NCBI GenBank assembly: GCA_963848295.1
Contig: CAWKDB010000004.1
Location: forward strand, 270,296-334,295
Source: an uncultured delta proteobacterium
Lineage (GTDB): Bacteria > Myxococcota_A > Polyangia > Haliangiales > Haliangiaceae
Reading direction: 5' to 3'
DNA: 64,000 bases
Shown here piece after piece: positions 1 through 14,247 of this stretch (within the stretch, counting starts at the first letter, position 1; every line of letters begins with the position of its first letter). The notes beneath the pieces were generated by a model. It was given only the letters and a program-made list of their open reading frames with translations, was not told where the DNA came from and did not search any database. The position numbers and the translations under genes are program-made.

Positions 1-732
1 AGGGGTTCCGGCAACCGTGGTCACGGTGGTGCCGGCGATCTCGCGGATGACGTGGTTGCCGGTGTCTGCGATGTACACGTTGCCGAGTCCGTCGACCGCG
101 AGGCCGGTCGGAGCGACGAACCGGAACGATGCGCTTGTCGCCGGACCGTCGTCGCCGCCGAAACCGAAGTCCCCGGTCCCCGCGATCGTGGTGATGACGC
201 CGCTGGTCGCATCGACCCGGCGGATCCGACCGTTGCCGGTGTCGCCGATGTACAGGTTGCCGGCGCCGTCCAGCGCCACGCCCGATGGGAGATCGAGTTG
301 GGCGTTCGCGGCGGAACCACCATCGCCAGAGAACCCCGCGGTCCCGGTGCCGGCGACCGCGGTGACCGCGCCGGTCGATGCGTCGACCCGGTCGACGATC
401 TGGCCGCCGGTGTTCGCGAAGTACACGTTGCCGTTCGCGTCGGCCGCCACGCCCGTCGCGCTCGGTGCCGGCGAGGCGGTGACCGCGGTCGCCGTCGCCT
501 GCCAGTTGGTCTGCTCGCACGCGCCGCGTTGACACACGCCGAATGGCACGGCAATGCAGTTCGTGCCCTCGGCGTGACTTGCACATCCATTCACCAGCGC
601 TGGATCGATGCAGCCGCCGCCTTGCGGCTCGCACACCGTCGACGTCGGACACGTCGTCCCGTCGGCGCAGGTCGTCGTCGTCGGCGTGAAGCACCCGGCG
701 AGCGCGGCGAGCGAGAGCGCGGCACGCTTCAT
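1..732 (-). CDS. NHL-repeat beta-propeller lipoprotein, paralog 2 (runs off the window's left edge)
   Basis: Not in the ORF track because it has no stop inside the window. Manual translation from ATG 732 gives MKRAALSLAALAGC (lipobox), a Cys-rich segment FTPTTTTCADGTTCP...GGGCIDP, then NHL repeats (PSGVALDGAGNLYIGDTGNGRIRRVD). The ATG overlaps the TGA of the 729-3929 gene. Confidence 0.85.
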   Translation of the reverse strand, partial: MKRAALSLAALAGCFTPTTTTCADGTTCPTSTVCEPQGGGCIDPALVNGCASHAEGTNCIAVPFGVCQRGACEQTNWQATATAVTASPAPSATGVAADANGNVYFANTGGQIVDRVDASTGAVTAVAGTGTAGFSGDGGSAANAQLDLPSGVALDGAGNLYIGDTGNGRIRRVDATSGVITTIAGTGDFGFGGDDGPATSASFRFVAPTGLAVDGLGNVYIADTGNHVIREIAGTTVTTVAGTP

Positions 733-3700
733 GGGGCGGGGAGGCGCTCCAGCTCGATCAGCATGCCCGTGCAGGAATCGGTGATGCGCACGTGCGTGGA
801 ATCGACGATGGCCACTGCCGTGAGACACCCCGTCGTCGAGGCCGGGAAGGTCGTACGAGGCGGCGCACCGTAGATCGTGCGTACCGGCCCGGTGCCGTCG
901 ACCACGCCCGCGTCGTCGGCGAGCAGCATCCGCACGGCGTTCGTCGACGTCACGAACACGTTGCCGACATCGTCGCAGGCCAGGCCGAGCGGAAAGTCGA
1001 CAGGTAACTCGCTCGCTGGCGCGCCCTCGCCCGATGACGCGGCGGCGCCGTTACCGAGCACCGTCGTGATCGTGCCGTCGGCGGCGATCCGACGCACGCG
1101 CTGGTTGCCGGTGTCGGCGACGAAGATGTCTCCGTTGCGGCACCCGGTGAGCGCCCGCGGCTGATCGAACAGCGCCCCCGACGCCGGGAGGCCGTCGCCG
1201 GAGAAGCCGGCCGTCTGGGGCGTGCCGGCGAACGTCGACACGGTCGCGCCGGTCGCGTCGATGGCGCGGATGACATGGTTGCCGGTATCGGCCACGTAGA
1301 CGATGCCGGATGCAGGATCGCGGTAGAGACCGGTCGGGTCGGACAGCTCGGCGGTCGCGCTCGGTCCGTCGCGCCAGCCGGCGACGCCCGACGCGAGGTC
1401 CGCGATCGTCCAGGTCTCCGGGGTCGCGGGATCGGTCACGGTCACGACGTGCACCAGCTCGTGGCCGGCTTCGGTCGGGTTGGACTCGGTCAGATAGATC
1501 GATGTGACGCCATCGAAGGCAACGCCGGCCACGTTGCCGAAGTTCTGATCGCGGAACCTCGCGAGGTTACTCGTCGCGGTTCCGACCGCGTTCGGATAGC
1601 GACCCGTGACGACATCGAGCGAGGTCGCGTCGACCGCTTCGACAGTCCCGCTCGTGCCGCCGGCGACGAGCTCGAATGGCGCGGCGGTCACCAGCGCTCT
1701 GGGATCGGCGAGCCGAGCCTGGGCCAATGGCCCGGTGCCCGCCGGATCCACCGGCCCCGCAACGGTCGTGATGAGGCCGGCGGTGTCGATGCGGCGGACA
1801 TGGCCGCCGGGGCTGCTGGAGGCGTCGGTGACATAGATCTGCCCGAGTGTGTCGACCGCGACCCCCAGAGGGGCGAGCAGGGCGGCTGTAGCGGGGCCGC
1901 CGTCGCCGTCGCCGTTGATTCCGACGTCACCGGTGCCCGCGACCGTGGTGATGACGCCAGCCGTATCCACCCGCCGGATGCGGTTGTTCTGCGAGTCGGC
2001 GATGTAGAGGTTGCCGAGCCCATCGATGGCGACCCCCGTAGGCGTGTACAGCTCCGCGGTCGTCGCCGCGATGCCGTCGCCGTTGTACCCGGAGGTTCCC
2101 GTGCCTGCGATCGTCGTGATGATACCCATCGTGTCCACGCGCCGAACGCAGTAGTTGTACGTGTCGGCGATGTAGACGTTGCCGAGCCCATCGACCGCGA
2201 CGCCACGGGGATAGTGCAGCTGCGCGGCGGTGGCCGCGCCTCCGTCGCCGCTGTAGCCGAGCGTCCCGACGCCCGCGACGGTCGTGATGACGCCGGTCGT
2301 GTCCACGCGCCGGACCCGGTTGTTGAAGGTATCGGCGATGTAGAGATTGCCGGCCGCGTCGACCGCGACGCCGTAGGGGAGAGACAGGTTTGCTGCGGTC
2401 GCGGCGCCGCCGTCGCCGCTGTACCCAAGGGTCCCGGTGCCCGCGACGGTCGTGATCGTGCCGTCGGGATCGACGCGCCTGATGCGGTTCTTGGACTCGT
2501 CGGCGATGTAGATGTTGCCGAGTCCGTCGATCGCCACGCTCTCGGGGGCGCTGAGCTCGGCGGCGGTCGCGGCGCCGCCGTCGCCGCTGTACCCGAAGGT
2601 CCCGGTGCCGGCGACCGTGGTGATGACGCCGGAGCTGTCGATGTGTCGGATCCGGCTGTTGTTGGTGTCGGCGATGTAGACCTCGCCGAGGGCGTCGATC
2701 GCGACGTCGTTCGGGTCGCCGAGCTGGGCGTCGGTCGCGGCGCCGCCGTCGCCGATCGTCGACCCGCCCCCAGCGATCGTCGTGACATCTCCGGCGGAGT
2801 CGACATACAGAATGACGTCGTGGTCGGTGTCGGCGATATAGGTCCCGAGCGCGTTGACCGCCACACCGTGCGGCGAGCTCAACGTCGCGGACGGTGTGAA
2901 CGGCTCGACGTTGCCTGCCATGTCCAGGTCCAGGATGCGGCCGTTGCCCGAGTCGGCGATATAGACGTCAGCCCCGTAGGTGGTGACGCCGAACGGTTGG
3001 TCGAGCCCGCTGGTCGGGGCGAACGTCGTGATCACGCCGCTGGTGTCTACGCGACGGACGCTGTTGTTGCCGGTGTCGGCGATATAGACCTCGCCGTTCG
3101 CGTCGACCGCGACCCCGTACGGTGAGGACAACTGCGCGCTGGTCGCGGCGCCGCCGTCCCCCGCGGACCCGAGAATCCCGGAGCCCGCGATCGTCGTGAT
3201 GATGCCGGCGCTGTCCACGCGCCGGATGACATTGTTGCTGGTGTCGGCGATGTAGAGATCGCCGAGGCCGTCGACCACGACATCAGCGGGGTAGTACAGC
3301 TGCGCGCTCGTCGCCGGGCCGCCGTCTCCGGAATCGCCGTGGTTCCGGGGGAGGCCGCTGCCCGCGACCGTCGCGATGATCCCCTCGGTGTCGATGCGCC
3401 GGATCCGGTTGTTCCCTCGGTCAGCGATGTAGACTTGGCCGAGCCCGTCGACCGCGACACCTTGCGGCGTATCCAACTCCGCCTCGGTCGCGGCGCCGCC
3501 GTCGCCAGCGTATCCCTCCGTTCCGGTGCCCGCGATCGTCGTGAGGAACCCCGCGGTGTCGAGGCGCAGGATCCGATGGTCAGACGTGTCGGCGATGTAG
3601 AGGTTGCCGGCCTGATCGACCGCCACGCGAAACGGACTCGAGAGCTGGGCGGTCGTCGCGTTGGCTTGCCCGCCGATCACCACCGTCGCTTGCCACGTGG

Positions 3701-3925
3701 TCTGCCCGCACACACCTTGCTGGCACACTCCGAACGGGAGCGCCGAGCAGTTCGCGCCTTCGGCTTCGCCGGTGCACGCGGTCACGAGAGTCGGATCGAC
3801 ACAGCCGCCGCCAGCCGGCGCGCATATCGTCGACTCGGGGCAGGTCGTGCCGTCGGTGCACGTCGTCGTCTGCGGCGTGAAGCAAGCCGCGAATACCGCG
3901 AGCACACCGAATGCGATCGCGCGAG

Positions 3926-3929
<4 letters not shown>
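729..3929 (-). CDS. NHL-repeat (teneurin-like) beta-propeller lipoprotein
   Basis: Lipobox FAAC and a Cys-rich N-terminus, followed by more than 12 repeats of PxGVAVDxxGNLYIADTxNxRIRRVD...TTVAGTG..GYSGDGG.AT.A.L. Confidence 0.92.
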
Positions 3930-6808
<2,879 letters not shown>

Positions 6809-6839
6809 CACCGTGATCGTATCAGTTACCATCACCTCG
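6809..6839. promoter_or_regulatory. Back-to-back -10 boxes of divergent leaderless promoters (putative)
   Basis: + strand TACCAT (6827-6832) lies 7 nt before GTG 6840. - strand TACGAT (6821-6816) lies 7 nt before GTG 6808. Neither start has an SD sequence. Confidence 0.55.
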
Positions 6840-7802
6840 GTGAAGAGCCTCGTGGTCCTCCTGGTAACCGTGTGGGGCGCGGTTGCTCACGCCGAGCCGA
6901 AGCCGTGGGCGCTCGGGGTCTCGGACGCCGAGCAGGCGACCGCGCTCGCGATCTACAACGACGCCAACGCCGAGTTCGAGGAGGCGCGATACGCGCAGGC
7001 ACTCGCGAAGTACCACGACGCGATCAAGCATTGGGAGCACCCGGCGATCCGCTTCAACATGGTGGTGTGCCTGATCAACCTCGACCAGCCCCTCGAGGCC
7101 TTCGACGATCTCGAGCTCGCGCTCAAGTACGGTGCCGCGCCGTTCAGCGCCGACGTGTTCGCGCAGGCGCTGACCTACCAGAAGCTGCTGCTCGGCCAGC
7201 TCGCGAGGCTCGAGGTCACGAGCGCCGAGCCGGGCGCTACGGTGATCCTCGACGGCGCGAAGCTGTTCGTGGCACCCGGAAGCGTGACGAAGCTGGTGAG
7301 GCCCGGAGATCACCAGATCGTCGCGACGAAGCCCGGATTCCTCACCGCCACGACTCCGCTCGTGCTCGTCGGCGGCAAAGGGACCGTGGTCGACGTGAGG
7401 CTCGTGAAGATCGAGCCGACGCACATCGTGCGGCGATGGTCGCCGTGGAAGCCGTGGGTCATCGTCGGTGTGGGGGTGGCGCTCGCGGCGGCCGGGGGCT
7501 ATCTCGAGTGGCGCGCATACGAGGACAACTCGAACTACGACTCGCGGTTCAAGGCGGACTGCCCGACCGGTTGCGGCGGCCCCGTGCAGCCGCCGATTTC
7601 AACGTCGCTGGTCTCGCTGCGCGACCGGGCGCGCAACGCGAACATCTCCGGGATCACGCTGCTGATCGCGGGAGGCGCGGCGCTCGTGACGGGCTCGTAC
7701 GGTGTCTACGTGAACCAACCCCGCGCGGCCGGACTCGAGAAGAACATCACGGTGACTCCGTCACTCGGCGGTGTTTCGTTGACCTTCGCTGGCTCGTTCT
7801 GA
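6840..7802 (+). CDS. Secreted TPR + PEGA domain protein with C-terminal TM/beta segment
   Basis: Signal peptide ending AHA-E. TPR-like helices (YAQALAKYHDAIKHWEHPAIRFN). PEGA motif GATVILDG...VRPGDHQIVATKPGF. Hydrophobic C-terminal segments. A typical myxobacterial kinase neighbour. Confidence 0.85.
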   Translation: MKSLVVLLVTVWGAVAHAEPKPWALGVSDAEQATALAIYNDANAEFEEARYAQALAKYHDAIKHWEHPAIRFNMVVCLINLDQPLEAFDDLELALKYGAAPFSADVFAQALTYQKLLLGQLARLEVTSAEPGATVILDGAKLFVAPGSVTKLVRPGDHQIVATKPGFLTATTPLVLVGGKGTVVDVRLVKIEPTHIVRRWSPWKPWVIVGVGVALAAAGGYLEWRAYEDNSNYDSRFKADCPTGCGGPVQPPISTSLVSLRDRARNANISGITLLIAGGAALVTGSYGVYVNQPRAAGLEKNITVTPSLGGVSLTFAGSF

Positions 7803-8048
7803 CACGAGTCGCCAACCCATTCATCACCGGCATCACGACGGCGCAGCTCGCGACGCGACGCGCGCGCCGAGAGATGACCGGCGACCGAGCTCGACCCGCG
7901 GTCGCCCCGAGCGCGCATTGCCTGGGCGTAATGCTCCGGCAAGGCTGTCGCATGACCGGCGCTCTACGCTCTTCCGAGTCGGTCGTCGAGACGGCGGTGA
8001 CCACCGACCGTTGCCGTTCCACCGCGTCGTTCAAGAAGCAGGAGATCC

Positions 8049-8645
8049 ATGAAGCGCATACTCGTCACCATGTTGCTCGTCGGGGGTGCCGCCGCGGGCT
8101 GCATCAAAGACAACCACCCCGCCGTCGCGAACCCGCCCGAAGCGCACAGCGTTACCGGGGCCTCCCGGCCGGGCGAGCCGACGCAGGTCGTCGCCACGAT
8201 CGACGGCCATGCGGTCACGGTCAAGGACGTCGATGCGATCATCGCGGCCCAGCTTGGCCAGCTCCAGCAGCAGTTTCAGGCGGAGCAGTTCGCCCTACGG
8301 AAGCAGGGCCTCGACGCGGTGCTGTTCATGCGGCTCGCCGACACCGAGGCCAAGAAGGACGGCACGACCGAACAAGCCTGGGTCAAGCAGCGCGTCGAGG
8401 CGTCGGCGCCCGCGGCCACGGAGGCCGATGCGAAGACGTTCTACGACCAGAACTCCGCGCGCATGGGTAGCCGCACGTTCGACCAGGAGAAGTCCCGGAT
8501 CATGGCGTTCCTGACCAACCAGAAGCGCGAAGTCGAGGTGGAGAAGCTGTTCGCTGATCTGAAGAGCAAGGCGAAGATCGAGATCACGCTCAAGCAGCCC
8601 GCCAACGTCGTGGCCGATTCGCACGAAGTGCCACCCAAAAAATAA
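8049..8645 (+). CDS. Lipoprotein with SurA N-terminal/PrsA-like chaperone domain, no catalytic domain
   Basis: AGGAG SD, lipobox AAGC, VVATIDGHAVT, TEADAKTFYDQN and LKSKAKIEI motifs. Confidence 0.7.
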   Translation: MKRILVTMLLVGGAAAGCIKDNHPAVANPPEAHSVTGASRPGEPTQVVATIDGHAVTVKDVDAIIAAQLGQLQQQFQAEQFALRKQGLDAVLFMRLADTEAKKDGTTEQAWVKQRVEASAPAATEADAKTFYDQNSARMGSRTFDQEKSRIMAFLTNQKREVEVEKLFADLKSKAKIEITLKQPANVVADSHEVPPKK

Positions 8646-8791
8646 ACAAACCTCCGCTACCGCGGTGACCCCCGCGACCGGAGCGAGCTCACCGTGGTCG
8701 GGCATCGCGATCGAAACCCGTCGCGATCGCACAGGTTCGAGCTCGAGAACGCCAGCTGCCTGCGGGCGCGCGGTTGTGGCTCGACGCGCAG

Positions 8792-9493
8792 CTACGTAGC
8801 GCCGAGTGCCCAACGGAGCGAGTTGCGGAGCACGCTAGCGCCATCGTCGAGAGCACACGCTCCGTGCGCGATGACGAGGTGGCGCGGAGACCAAGCGATC
8901 GCGCGCGCGAGCGACGCCCGGAGTCGAGCCCGCCGCAAGAACGACAGACGCCACTCGCGCGGCGTGCTGCCATCGTGACCGACGAGCCCGTCGAGCTTCA
9001 TGAGAAACCGCTGAAACCCGCCGAGCGTATGCTCGTCGAAGCGCTGCACGAGATCGCCGACAATGCACGTGCTCGACGCGCGATGAAAAAACACGACCTC
9101 GGTCAGCGCGAAGCTTCCCGCCACGCAGACTTGATCGATTTGACCGAGCCATTCCGGCGGGGCGTCGTCGCCGAGCTCTCCGGTGAATGACAGGTCCTTG
9201 CGCTTCTTTGCGAGACCTGGCGGGGCGTAGATCCGGAGTGAAGGCCACGCCGCGGCCCATCGGGTGAGCGCGAGGTGGTGGAGCTTGTTTGGCTCGACCA
9301 CGAATCGCGGCTCGCCGAGTTGGTCGATGGCAGTGCGTACCCGCTCGTCGAGCGCAACCGGCGACCACACCCATAGCGCACCGCTGTCGAGCCGAACGAC
9401 CACCATGCGCGTCGGATATGGAAACCCGTGGAACGAGACCGGGGTCCCCTCGACGATCCAGATCCGTTCGCCGATCGGCTCGAGGACGTTCAT
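8792..9493 (-). CDS. DUF4336 family protein
   Basis: YPTRMVVVRL..G.LWVWSPV, EPNKLHHL, EVVFFHRASSTCIVGD and HLVIAHG motifs. Confidence 0.88.
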   Translation of the reverse strand: MNVLEPIGERIWIVEGTPVSFHGFPYPTRMVVVRLDSGALWVWSPVALDERVRTAIDQLGEPRFVVEPNKLHHLALTRWAAAWPSLRIYAPPGLAKKRKDLSFTGELGDDAPPEWLGQIDQVCVAGSFALTEVVFFHRASSTCIVGDLVQRFDEHTLGGFQRFLMKLDGLVGHDGSTPREWRLSFLRRARLRASLARAIAWSPRHLVIAHGACALDDGASVLRNSLRWALGAT

Positions 9494-9542
9494 GCGCTGA
9501 CGATGCCACGGCCACGGCGGGAGTTGCGCGCAGCGGGCTCGC

Positions 9543-10115
9543 TCAAGTGCGGTTCGCAGCCTGGTTGATCCTGAAGTGCAGCTTGGCGACTTGCTCGGGA
9601 GTCAGCTTCGATCGCAGGACAACACCACCATACGAGCGGAATCGCGCATCGAGGTCGTCTGGATCGGGCTCGCGGAGCAGGATGAAGATCGCCGAGTCAC
9701 CGGCTGCGACCGTGGCGCGGATGTTGTCCACGAACTCGTCGGAGACTCCGAGCTCGTTCTTCCACCACGAGTCATCGACCGCGCCGTGCTTGGCGCCGAT
9801 GATCGAACCGCCGACGGCGCCGGCGACGAACGTGGTGGCGGCCGCCACGGTGCCCACACCCGCGGTGACCGGAAGCGCGAGCGCGGCGAGCACGATCCCG
9901 ACGAACGAGCCGAGTAATCCGCCGACGATCGCACCTTCGCCTTTCGACGATTGGTAGCTGCGATCGATGGTCAGCTCTCCACGATCGTTTCGATACGCTG
10001 CCACGGCGCCGTGGAGATTGGCCGACCAAGCTTCGTCGCGCGCCCTGATCTGGCCCAGTACAACCGCGGCCCGTTCGATGTCCTGCTTGAAGGCGACGAC
10101 GACGAGCTCTGACAT
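9543..10115 (-). CDS. DUF1269 family membrane protein
   Basis: MSELVVVAF start, Gly-rich TM segment GAIVGGLLG and GVSDEFV...GDSAIFIL...YGGVVLRSKLT. TATGAT lies 6 nt before the ATG. Confidence 0.82.
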   Translation of the reverse strand: MSELVVVAFKQDIERAAVVLGQIRARDEAWSANLHGAVAAYRNDRGELTIDRSYQSSKGEGAIVGGLLGSFVGIVLAALALPVTAGVGTVAAATTFVAGAVGGSIIGAKHGAVDDSWWKNELGVSDEFVDNIRATVAAGDSAIFILLREPDPDDLDARFRSYGGVVLRSKLTPEQVAKLHFRINQAANRT

Positions 10116-10236
10116 GCCCCGATCATATGCCGTCAGCTGCCCCGTGGTTGCAACGTGCGCCTCCGCGCGGTGCCGATGGTGCGAACGCGCGGTGAGCGCC
10201 GTTTCGTGACCTTGCTGCCGATCGTTTGCTCCCGCG

Positions 10237-11619
10237 TCATCGCGAGATTCGCTCGAGGGACTTGTTCGTCGCGGACGGCCCGGCAAGCGCGAGCAACCCC
10301 GCGATGAGCCCGGTGCAGCCGATCGCGGTGAAGCCGGCGCGAAACGACCAGGCCGTGACGAGCACGGGTAAGCCGAGCGCGCCGACGGCGCCTCCGAGGT
10401 GCCCGAGCCCGTCGCTCAGGGCGAATCCTGTGGCGCGCGCCCTCGTCGGGTAGCTCTCGACCGTGAACGTGTAGGTTATTTGGAGGTACATGCCGAGCGC
10501 CATCGAGCCGAGGAACGAGCCGGTCGCGATCACGACGTCGCTCGCCAAGCTTCCGATCGCGAGCATGCCGCCGAGCCACAACACCGTCGACCCGACGATC
10601 AGCAGCTTCCGCTCCAGGCGGTCGGCCAGCGCGTACATGACGAGCGCGCCGACCGGATACCCGAGCGCCCCCACGGCGAGATACCCGAGCGAGCTCGCGA
10701 TCCCGATGTGCTGGCTCGCGAGCAGCGTGGGCGCGTCGCCGAGGAAACCGTAGTTGCCGACGTACCAGAAGAACCACATCGCCGCGAAGATCGCGAGCCG
10801 GCCGGCATAAGGTCGGTGAAAGAGATAGCTCGTCGGGAAGCGCCCGCGCTCGCTGCTGATCGGCTCCGGGTGCGGCTCGGCGAGCGCGACGCCCTTCGCC
10901 TTCGCCACCGTCTCCATCTCGGAGACCAGCTGCTCCGCTTCGTCGATCTTGCCGTGCAGCACGAGCCAGCGCGGCGACTCCGGTAGCCGCGACCGCATCG
11001 CCAACGCGATCACGGCGATCGCGCCGCCGATGACAAACAGCAGTCTCCAGCCGAACGAATAGTGGGGCACGAGCGCCAGCGCGACGAACGGCGTGACGGT
11101 CTGGCCGATGATGCCGATCAAGAACGTGAGGACCGAGATCCTGCCGCGCTTGCCCGCAGGCGCCATCTCGCCGAGGTACGTCGACACGAGGTTGAGATCG
11201 GCGCCGACGCCCATGCCCGTGACGAACCGCCAGAACGACAGGCTGACCAGGCCGGTCGCCGCCGCATCGCCGAACGAGCCGACGGCCGTGAGCAGCATGG
11301 TGAACAGCATGGTGCGGTACCGACCGTAGCGATCGGCCATCGTCCCGATCACGTACGAGCCCGCGATGTACCCGACGAGGCCGACCGCGAGCGCGACGAA
11401 CAACGATTCGTTCCCCGTGAGATCGAGCTGTCGCCCGATCGCGGGCATCGCATAGCCGATGTCCGTGATGTCGTAGAACGTAAAGAAGTAGCCGATGCCG
11501 ATGATGATCAGGAACGACCGCGAGAACGACCACACCGGGATCCGATTCATCCGGCCAAGGACGTTCGCGCCCTTCGTCGCGATCTCGTCGCGATCGTCGC
11601 TGGCGTCGCCGCCGGTCAT
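10237..11619 (-). CDS. MFS transporter (sugar porter / aromatic acid type)
   Basis: About 12 TM segments. GTMADRYGRYR, LPESPRWL, ADRLERK and ESYPTRARATG motifs. Confidence 0.92.
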   Translation of the reverse strand: MTGGDASDDRDEIATKGANVLGRMNRIPVWSFSRSFLIIIGIGYFFTFYDITDIGYAMPAIGRQLDLTGNESLFVALAVGLVGYIAGSYVIGTMADRYGRYRTMLFTMLLTAVGSFGDAAATGLVSLSFWRFVTGMGVGADLNLVSTYLGEMAPAGKRGRISVLTFLIGIIGQTVTPFVALALVPHYSFGWRLLFVIGGAIAVIALAMRSRLPESPRWLVLHGKIDEAEQLVSEMETVAKAKGVALAEPHPEPISSERGRFPTSYLFHRPYAGRLAIFAAMWFFWYVGNYGFLGDAPTLLASQHIGIASSLGYLAVGALGYPVGALVMYALADRLERKLLIVGSTVLWLGGMLAIGSLASDVVIATGSFLGSMALGMYLQITYTFTVESYPTRARATGFALSDGLGHLGGAVGALGLPVLVTAWSFRAGFTAIGCTGLIAGLLALAGPSATNKSLERISR

Positions 11620-11686
11620 GGTTTCTCGCGACCACATTTGCACACGTCGTGCGATGGAGCACGGGTGGCGCGGACTCGCCGGGTGG

Positions 11687-12955
11687 TCAGCCCGATCGCG
11701 TGCGCGCGTCCCCTGTCGGCGACGTCGATACCGGCGCGGGGAACAGCCCGAGCTGCCGCGCCACGCGATCGCGATCTGCCCCCGAGACCGGCAAGAGCGG
11801 CAGGACTTGCCGGTATCCGCTGCCGATCGCCGGCGCGCAGCGCTCCCCGGGGACGTAGCCGCCCCCGAGGTCCGCCTCCCGAACGGTCGCATTGTCCTCG
11901 CTGTCGGCCTGTCGGCTCAGCAACTCCGGCGAGGCGTGCTCGCGAAGGACGCGGCCCAGCGCGGAAGCGAGATCGTGGGCGGCGCGCACGCTGGAGTTGA
12001 GGCCCAGCGAGGCACCTAGCGGCAGCGCGTTCGCGGCCGCACCGAGCAGCCACACCGTCGACGTCGACGGGCGGGCCGCGATCCCTACCGGCATTCGCTC
12101 GAGCTGGCCCTGGCGCAGCTCACCCAGTGGTGTGCCGAGGTCGGGCAAGTAGCGCGCGACGAGCCTTGCCAGATCGTCGGCATCGGGTGCGGTACCGGCC
12201 GCCACGCGGGCATCGAGGCGCTCCGACGGCGGTAGCTGCAACGCGATCCTCGTGCCTCCGCCCGCAAGCGGCCACAGCGCGACGGTCGCCTCGCCGAGCG
12301 CGATCCTGATCTCGCGGCCCAGCGGTGGTCCGCCGTCGACCTCGAACACCGCGATCAGCTCCGGCGGCGCGAGCGTGCGCCATGGTAGCTCGAGCTGGCC
12401 GCGGACCAGCGAGTCGGCACCGTCCGCGCCGATCAGGAACGGGGGCTCGCGACGGAGGATGCGGCGCACCATGTGCTCCTCGTGAGCGACCACGTAGCCC
12501 GTCGGCTCGCTATCGATGACGTCGACGTTCGCGATCACGCGGTCGCGGCTCGCCTCGATGTTGCCGAGCCGGTGCCGCCACTGGACCGCGACGTGGCGGT
12601 CACGCAGTTGATGCACGAGCTTGTCGCACAGCCGCCAGCACGGCACGACCGCGGCATAGCCGAACCCCGACGGTGAGTCCCGAAGGTCCAGCGCCGCGAC
12701 GCGCGCACCGCGGTCGTAGATCGCCACGGTATCGATCGCGGCAGCTTCATCGGCCAGGTCGAGCTCCACGCCCGCGTCCTCGAGCCGCGCCAGCGTATCG
12801 GGATGCAGCACGACCGAGAGCTTGTCGGTCCGCGGCGCCCACGAGCCATCGACGATCTCGACTTCGATCCCGCGCTCTCGCAGGAACAGCGCGGCCGCGA
12901 GCCCGACCGGTCCTGCGCCAACGACTAGAGTGTGGTCGGTCTTGCGATGCGCCAT
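11687..12955 (-). CDS. FAD-dependent monooxygenase (FAD_binding_3 family)
   Basis: LVVGAGPVGLAAA Rossmann motif and LIGADGADSLVR. The GD motif is degenerate (GAAAN). Start at MAHRKTDH; the ORF-track extension upstream belongs to the Sel1 gene. Confidence 0.82.
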   Translation of the reverse strand: MAHRKTDHTLVVGAGPVGLAAALFLRERGIEVEIVDGSWAPRTDKLSVVLHPDTLARLEDAGVELDLADEAAAIDTVAIYDRGARVAALDLRDSPSGFGYAAVVPCWRLCDKLVHQLRDRHVAVQWRHRLGNIEASRDRVIANVDVIDSEPTGYVVAHEEHMVRRILRREPPFLIGADGADSLVRGQLELPWRTLAPPELIAVFEVDGGPPLGREIRIALGEATVALWPLAGGGTRIALQLPPSERLDARVAAGTAPDADDLARLVARYLPDLGTPLGELRQGQLERMPVGIAARPSTSTVWLLGAAANALPLGASLGLNSSVRAAHDLASALGRVLREHASPELLSRQADSEDNATVREADLGGGYVPGERCAPAIGSGYRQVLPLLPVSGADRDRVARQLGLFPAPVSTSPTGDARTRSG

Positions 12956-13008
12956 GCGGCACCTTCGTCGAGAAGTCTGCTCTTGGAAGAAGCAAGTCGC
13001 GTACCGGA

Positions 13009-13773
13009 TCATGGCGCGGCCGAGGCGCTGGATCCGCGCTGTTCGGGAGCCGCCGGCCTGCTGGTCGCGACGTTTACGCGCGTGCGTCTGCGCGTACAGC
13101 GCGCGGGTACGCACGAGATCGACCGCGACCCCGCGCCTGTCCTTGTATGCCAGCGCGAGTGCATCGCACTCGTGCCCATCTTTGCTGCACGCTTGCTCGA
13201 GGAACGCCAACGCTCGCCTGGGATCGGCCGCGACACCCTCGCCGTGATCGAGTGCGAGGCCTTGCGCCGTGCAACCCCCGGCGACGTCCAGCTTGCACGC
13301 GCGCTCGAACGCCGCATACGCGTGCTTCGGTTCGGCCGGCCCCCGAGCCCGTTGCGCCACTCCACGCCAAGGTCGAAACATCCAGGTCCGTATCCGCTGT
13401 CACACGCCGTGGTCAAGAGTCCTCTCGCGAGGCGGAAATCCTGGTCGGGATCGCCAGTGGATCCGATGTGGTGGCCGAGGTCGTTGCCCACGAGCCCGCA
13501 CGCGAAGTGCCCGGCCCGGTCTTTCACGTTGCATGCGGCCACGAAGTACTTGTGCGCGCCTTCGACGTCGGACTTGCCGAGCTTACCTTCGCGGAGCACG
13601 TACCCCGCCGCGACGCAGCTCCTCGAATAATGCAGCGTGCAGCCGTGATCGAACGCATCCAACGCCTGAGCTGCGGCCTTCGGTTCGAGCTTGGTGCCCA
13701 GCGCGTAGCACGCGTCGCCGCTCCCACATGGTGCGGGGTCCGCCGCCGCCGTTGCTGCGACTGCTGCGATCAT
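13009..13773 (-). pseudogene. Sel1-like repeat secreted protein, frameshifted near 13340
   Basis: Cys-paired Sel1 repeats (ACYALG...FDHGC, CFDLG). They continue in a second frame (AFERACKLDVAGGC...LEQACSKDGHEC). The shift may be a sequencing indel; the 3' end is uncertain. Confidence 0.7.
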
Positions 13774-13959
13774 TGCGTGTGCGACGAGCTTACGAGCGCC
13801 GACCTTATCTCGGCAGCCCGATCGAGAACGACTACGAAGACGTCCGCCGTCAACATGCGTGGCAGTGAAACCGCCCTACGCGGCGACCTGACGGCAGGCG
13901 CTCGACGACGTCATCTGTGGACCTGTAAGCAGTGAGCGCGGTCGCCGTTGTTGGACGTC

Positions 13960-14247
13960 ATGCGGATGTTTATCCTCGGAGTGCTCGTCACCGCCGGCTG
14001 CTGGCGACTCCACGCGAGCCGCACGTTCCCGATGCCCACGCGGCCGGATCGGCAGTGCACCGCTGGCTGGAACGAGCTGTGGATCTGGGATTGCCTCGAA
14101 GGACAGCACGTCGTGATCCATCAGTTCTGCGGCGAGTGGGGCGGATGCAAGCCGCCGCTCAAGGACGTCTATGCGTGTGGCGAGACCTCGGGCTACGAGC
14201 GGTCCATCCAGCCCGGCCACTGCGACATCAGTGCGCCCGGCTGGTGA
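13960..14247 (+). CDS. Small Cys-rich lipoprotein, hypothetical
   Basis: MRMFILGVLVTAGC lipobox, with 6 further Cys. Confidence 0.55.
   Translation: MRMFILGVLVTAGCWRLHASRTFPMPTRPDRQCTAGWNELWIWDCLEGQHVVIHQFCGEWGGCKPPLKDVYACGETSGYERSIQPGHCDISAPGW

Noticed and set aside
11687..13381. Sel1-monooxygenase fusion (564-aa ORF)
   Set aside because: The N-terminal part is the frameshifted tail of the upstream Sel1 gene; the monooxygenase starts at about 12955.
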